Positions 58,050 through 64,000 of a stretch of 64,000 nt of DNA are shown piece after piece. Source of the DNA: Chrysomallon squamiferum (taxonomy: Eukaryota > Animalia > Mollusca); assembly GCA_012295275.1 (NCBI GenBank), contig CM022669.1:18352001-18416000 (forward strand), in the 5' to 3' direction. Within the stretch, counting starts at the first letter, position 1, and each line of letters opens with the position of its first letter. Made by a program: the position numbers and the translations under genes. Under the pieces are notes generated by a model. The model was not told the origin of the DNA. It did not search any database and saw only the letters and a program-made list of their open reading frames with translations.

Positions 58050-58953
58050 AAGTGACGATCACACGTCATCCTCTCTCACGGAAATATTTAAAAACATTTA
58101 AAATTTAACCTCTTTATCAGATATTTAGATTGATATAACTTTAGTATTATAAAGATCGTTATTTCATTTTAAACTTGAAACAAAAAAATATTACACATGG
58201 AAAGCTTTTCGATAAGAGATTTAAAATTCGGTCTCTTCGATGTTTACTTAATTCTGGTTTTTTATTTTAAAATATATATGCTGTGACCCCAAAAATCTGT
58301 ATTATATTTATGCATTATATTTATAAAATAATATTTCATTTTAAATGAATAAAAACTAAAGTTTAATAATAGAAATCTTCAAAATTTATTTCTGTGAGTT
58401 ATGCAAATTCTTATTTTAAGCGCTGAAGTAAAATGTTAAAAACTCAACATTTTTTTTAATGTAGCACATTTTATATTGCTGATAAACAGTTGTGGAATTT
58501 TTGGTGTCACATACAGAAATTAACATTTTATTTCAACAATTATAATAGGCACCATATTTAAAATTAATACCCTTATTTTCCACTTTTAGAGTTATATATA
58601 TATATATTTATATATAAACAAATTCATATTTTAATCTTGCTCCAACTATCTAGTAAAAAAAAAAAAAACTCTAAAATTCTTGTTTTATACTCGTCGACAT
58701 AAATTAACTTCAGAATTAAAACCGATCTAAGCCTGCTTAATATTTCTAGCGACATCTCTTTAATTATAAAATGTTCATTCTGTTGTAATTATGTCGAGAC
58801 TGTAAAGTTAAGAAGAAGCAGGAAACAGGACACTTTAAATGAAAAGAGAATTTAGTCAGGCGTAAAGAAGATTTTTAAAAATTGTGCACAGTCATTTCTG
58901 TTCTCTCGTATTTACCATCCTATATTTTATACTGCTCACTGGTATAAAATTAT

Positions 58954-59015
<62 letters not shown>

Positions 59016-59739
59016 AAGAAGAAGACGAAGAAGAAGAAGAAGAAATGCTATTAAATTATTTATTTTTTGTTATTAATTCTCTGTTTATAGATCTTACACA
59101 TAATCTCGCAAAGTCAGTAAAGGAAAATAAATATTAACCTTCGAACACGGCTACAAAATCTAATATGTTATATTAAAAGAATGAACCGTTTCGTAATTAT
59201 TATATATTTTAAATACATATCTTTTAAAACTACGGTAAATTTACAACTAATATCTTGTTCTAGATTATGCATCTTTATAAAACCGACCTTTCAATTTTCT
59301 GGGGAGGAACATTTTGGGGTGGGGTGAACTAAAACCGCACCCTGGGGAATTTAAGGAGAATGGGATAATAGCGGGACTATGGCGTTTTCGAACAGCGAAT
59401 GAAACAATTATTTCCACACATCACTGGTCATGACGTTTTGAATTTTAGGCAGCAATAATAATAATATAATAACAATAATAATAATAATAATAGTAATAAT
59501 AATAATAATAATAGGAATAATAATAGCAACAGTGACAGTAACAAGTAATAAAAATGACGATAACGATAACGATAATAACTGCTAAAGATTTTGTAAATAA
59601 AAATTCACGAAATCACGAATCTTTAATTTTATATAAAAATTATATATTGTAAATCACGTCTAACGTTACAAAAACGTTTTGTTTTAAAGGTGACACATCA
59701 TGTAACGTACGTGATTACCAAATTTGAAATGCAGCTGAC

Positions 59740-59811
<72 letters not shown>

Positions 59812-59936
59812 CACCAGAATTACTAAATACATACCTAAACATTAATTTTTCTTTTTTAATTTCAAAACAGATAGGGTTATTTCAAAAACAATTTAACGTA
59901 TATAACAAAATAATAATAATAATAATAACTATTAAC

Positions 59937-59970
<34 letters not shown>

Positions 59971-59982
59971 TCTGATGACAAA

Positions 59983-60017
<35 letters not shown>

Positions 60018-60160
60018 GCAAACAAACAAACAAACAAACAAAAACTAGTTGCCGCCAAAAAAAGCAAAACGTCGTTCCCTAGCCCCAGAAAGATGAAAAG
60101 GGTCGGCGCGTATAGGAGAACAATTCCCACCGACAATGCACTGACCTGCATCCCACCTAC
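56498..60160 (-). other. COUP-TF intron 1 (3,663 nt, GT-AG, phase 1)
   Basis: gtaggt...ctacag boundaries; splicing gives the conserved MRRE|AVQRGR junction. Confidence 0.93.
57960..58042. repeat. (GA)n microsatellite in intron 1
   Basis: Direct reading. Confidence 0.95.
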
Positions 60161-60686
60161 CTTCCCGTCGCATCCCCATTTTGAGACATTTTTTGAGCCT
60201 GCAGTACTGGCACTGGTTGCGGTGGTGCTGGTCTATGGGGCAGGAGCGGTTCCCGCGGCACGTGTACGTCAGATTGCGTCTCACGGACCGCTTGAAAAAA
60301 CTCTTGCACCCCTCACACGTGAACTGTCCGTAATGTTTGCCGGAGCTTTTGTCCCCGCACACCACGCACTCTATCTGCTGTTTCGTGTTGTTGTTGTTGT
60401 TGTTGTTTTCCGGACTGTTGCTGTTCGGGGTCCCGTTCTGCACCGGCGTCGGCGTCGTCGTGTTCGCCGTCGTGTTCGTTGGCTGCGAGGGCGGCATCGT
60501 CGGCGGTGCCGCTTCCATGGGCTCCGACGCGCGACGCTGCTCGATGGGAGGCGTCGAGTGGGTCTGCCCCGGGGTCGGGTGGACGACCGCCGGGGGGTTG
60601 GCGTTGTTGCAGTTGATATCCTCGGCGACGTGGATCGGGTCACGCCACGGTATCACTGGGGTCTGCGTCGGCGGTGTCATAGCCAT
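60161..60686 (-). CDS. COUP-TF: COUP-TF/seven-up (NR2F) coding exon 1: A/B domain plus complete C4 zinc-finger DNA-binding domain
   Basis: Translates as [17 protein letters not shown]...[69 protein letters not shown], with the NR2F P-box EGCKS and an MAM...WRDP N-terminus like vertebrate NR2F. Ends GAA G|gtaggt (donor at 60160). An alternative in-frame ATG at 60698 would add MPLN. Confidence 0.96.
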
Positions 60687-61252
60687 GTTGAGAGGCATGT
60701 AAGACGCGGGGTGCACGACTGAGGAAGCGATTTTCGGTTTTTTTTAAAATACACACGGCTACAACGACGAAGTTATGTTGTTTTTTTTTTTAAAAAAAAA
60801 CACACAGTCCAAAAGAAGAATTCCGAAGATGATATCCGTTAAGTCATTAGTCACAAGTGAGAAATTAAAAGATGATAGTAATAGTAATAATAATAATAAT
60901 AATAACAACAACAGTAAAAAAAACCCAGAATATTTAAAAATCTCCGAACAACAAAATCAGCCCTCCGGGAATGATAACAATTCCAAACAGCTCGAAACGT
61001 TCGTCCTCATTTGTCCGAATTAAACCGACTTAAAAACTTGGAGCTTCTCGGATCTTCGAGCGAGCAGCCGCTACTAAGGAGCTGCAGTGTAAATATAATG
61101 GTATTTCCCCCACTGTGTCAGCTATTGACTTCGAACGGAGAAGCTCGGCGCGTAGGAATCAACACAACTGATAGGGGAGTGTGTTATGTGTGTGTGTGCC
61201 CGGCCTCGCAAGCACTCCGTCTGTTTTGAACTCTGACACGCCAGTTGAAACT
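60687..61252 (-). other. Predicted 5' UTR (about 565 nt) with two upstream ORFs
   Basis: Lies between the predicted Inr and the ATG; uATGs at 61010 and 60847. Assumes no 5' UTR intron. Confidence 0.5.
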
Positions 61253-61530
61253 GCTAAGTTTCTATGGTTACTCCTCCTTATATGGATAGCGGTGTCACAC
61301 GAGTTCAAGAAGTTTATTGGTGAGTGACAATTACAGTCGGATGGTCAGAGCCCCCAACCACACGGGGCAGAGACATAGCGCACCAAGCGGCGTTCTCATT
61401 GGCTCTTGCTGTCCTTCATTATACACGGCTTGATTGTCAGGTCTAAAGCTCGTATCCCTACGCTGGCGCGGGTCACGCACGCAAGTGGTCCAATCAGCTG
61501 CTGAGTGAGCGGCGGGGAGGGAAGGCCAAT
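61227..61530 (-). promoter_or_regulatory. Putative COUP-TF core/proximal promoter, predicted TSS about 61252
   Basis: Minus-strand CCATATAAGG (61285-61276, CArG box with TATA-like core). An Inr-like CAGTT has its A at 61252, 30 nt downstream of the TATA T. CCAAT boxes at about 61316-61320, 61398-61402, 61490 and 61526. The region is GC/CpG-rich relative to its flanks. Confidence 0.7.
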
Positions 61531-61749
61531 CTGAGTTATTACGTTTGCGGTGACGAAGGCTGGGAAAAGATTTTATGCTCATCAAAATAATTACCGATCC
61601 ACATTAAGTGAGCTCGGCACGCCGTTACAGTCGCGGTTTTCTCCTCTCTTCTCTTCTCTTCTCTTCTCTTCTCTTCTCTCGTATTCTCTCGTATTCTCGT
61701 TCTGAAGATGTTTTTCTTCTTCTTCTGTTTTATTTAAAAGAAAGAAAGA

Positions 61750-62285
61750 AAGCTGTTATTTTCCTTGTGGTTGATCTCTTAGAATTCTGCAGAAGAGTGT
61801 ATATTCTGCTGATGTTAAATTCCTGTAAATATCTTAGCTACAGGGTCGTAATGTTGCAGTGCAGTTCACCAATATTCTTTGATGTTTTTTTTATTTAATT
61901 TATTTTTATTATTATTTTTTTTTTTAAAGAACTCTGTTTTTGCACAGGGTAATTTCCTTTTGGTTGATTACTGTTAGAATTCAGCAGAAGTTTAGATATG
62001 TCACAATTCCTTTTGAGCTGATGCTAAATACCTGTAAATATCTAGTTATAGTATATAATGTTGTAATACAGTTCACCAATAATTCTTTGAAATTTATGAA
62101 TGTTTTATATTTATGTATTTATTGATTAAAAGAACGCTATTTTGAAAAATGTAATTTTCTTGTCGTTGGTTACAGCTAGAATTCGGCAAGAGCGGGAAAA
62201 CACGATTTATCTTCTTCTGTTGGTGTTGAATTCCTTTAAATATCTTCTTATAGGATCATAATGTTACACTGTCGTTCTTTAAAAC
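61750..62285. repeat. Three diverged copies of an approximately 200-bp unit directly upstream of the promoter
   Basis: tagaattc..gca.(g)aag...tg.tg.taaat.cct.taaatatct...taatgtt recurs at about 61780, 61975 and 62177. Confidence 0.75.
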
Positions 62286-62811
62286 TACATTTATTAGAAA
62301 AGAAAAAACCCTAACTCCACACTTTTTATAAACCTTAAACATATCAGTAAAGAAGGGTGAGGTGTACAATTGATATTAAACAACAGAAACGTTTGGCATT
62401 AAGTCAAAAGTCGTTATACAGAGATCAGCAGATCTTGCCACCTACTGCTCGTTCAGGTTTTTGTTACCTTGAGAAAACATCCGTTATGTAACGGTTCTTT
62501 TTTTTTTTTTTTTTTTTTTCTCCAGCTATTACACTTGGTATTAACACACACGTATAATAATTGTAATGGTTTCCTGGTTCTGTGTACACTTATAATTCTA
62601 TAATTATAATTATATAAAGATTTATAATCAGGATTAATAATAACTTTGTATCCTGGTTCGTGTACACCAAATATATTTTCAGGTTAATCGACAGAACATG
62701 CACCTTACACGCATATAGTTATAACAGTCCCTGGTTGCTCAAAGAATACCATCGAAAATAGTTACAAACTGGTTTGTACACAAGCTTAATTATTACAAGA
62801 ATCCTGGTTCC

Positions 62812-62860
<49 letters not shown>

Positions 62861-64000
62861 TGAAACTATATTTTTACAGTATCAATAGCTTTGATTCCGA
62901 TACACAATTAATATTTCCTTTGGTGAACTGTCAACAAAATAAACTGTGCTTTTTAAAAAAATAAAATAAAATAATAAATAATTATAACTCCTTAACTCCA
63001 ATACGAAACACGAAACAGTTGCTGAACTGACTTGGTTACTGAAACCGCTCACATCCTGGTTAGCTCAAGATAAGCTAACTCCACAGTCTTGTCAATAATC
63101 CAGTTTCACTAATACACATGTAGAAACTCCGACACAAACACACTCATTGTTTACTTGTGCGAACTGGAATACATACGTAACATATGCGTATATATGTGTG
63201 TGTGTGTGTGTGTATATATATTATGTAAAAAAATCCTTCACCTAAATACAAGAATCTACACCACTACTGAAGAGCGTGACCTGAAATCCAAGGTCAGGCA
63301 GGCAGACAAGGGTGTCTTGCCCCCGTTCATGTAATCTCACACAAGACGCTTTTCTCTCTGTCTCTCTCTCTCAACTTGCTGGATCTTACCTTCTAGTTGC
63401 GCAAGTGTCGAATGAGGTCACCAGGTCTTTGACCCTCTCGGCTCTACAACATTCATATATGTACGGCCACGCATTGGAAAAATTCACAAACAATACTCTC
63501 TTATTGTGTCGTCCTATACACACACACACACACACGTCATTATAATATATAATTATATTACTGGATTTATTGCTATTATTACATACGCTGAGTTATTCAA
63601 TACTACAGATCAGATTTTGACACCGACAAGCGGCCTTACGATAAACATTTACAGCTGTTATTTCGCCGCGATAATCGGAGAAGTTGGCAAAGTTTATTTT
63701 TCACTGGTTTAAGCATGGTTTTCTACACATATTGTTGTTACGAGTTTTCTTTTTCTCGTTTCGTCTTACGCTTTTGGAGGAAAAAAAAAAAAAAAAAAAA
63801 AAAAGAAGAAGAAGAAGAAGAAATTAAAAAAAAAGCACAGTGCCCGAACAAGCCGAGAAATGGGCTTATTCGCTGATAATACCTGACCCGTCTTTTTCCA
63901 TCAAAGGTCGGGGTGATAAAGATATTTGTTTGCTAGTTCTCTGACCCAGATCATACCTCAGTCAAATATCGTCTGCCCTTGTCGCGCGCAATGCATAAAG

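Noticed and set aside
60045-60160. ORF extension [14 protein letters not shown]... after the DBD
   Set aside because: It lies past a canonical donor at the conserved intron position; only intron retention would express it, and nothing supports that.
60093-60722. 209-aa and 121-aa plus-strand ORFs
   Set aside because: Antisense shadows of the GC-rich COUP-TF exon 1 with no domain features.

Overview
This is eukaryotic, AT-rich, microsatellite-dense animal DNA, probably lophotrochozoan or molluscan (inferred from the COUP-TF protein and repeat style, not proven). It is not prokaryotic, and there is no CRISPR array, rRNA or operon. The only protein-coding gene I can support is a complete COUP-TF/seven-up (NR2F) nuclear receptor on the minus strand. 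It has 3 coding exons (60686-60161, 56497-55970, 29090-28816; 442 aa), canonical GT-AG phase-1 introns of 3,663 and 26,879 nt, and the same intron positions as vertebrate NR2F1/2. The rest is gene desert with GC-richer unique islands (candidate enhancers), several minisatellites and many simple repeats. Nearly all other ORFs in the track are microsatellite translations or antisense shadows. The most notable non-coding signal is a tightly packed core promoter about 560 nt upstream of the ATG: DR4, CArG/TATA, RFX X-box, Inr and DR1 within 81 bp. Also notable are several minisatellites whose units each carry a transcription-factor-like site (TALE, D-box, IRF/Blimp). I found no evidence of a novel protein-coding system; the regulatory claims are motif-based hypotheses.
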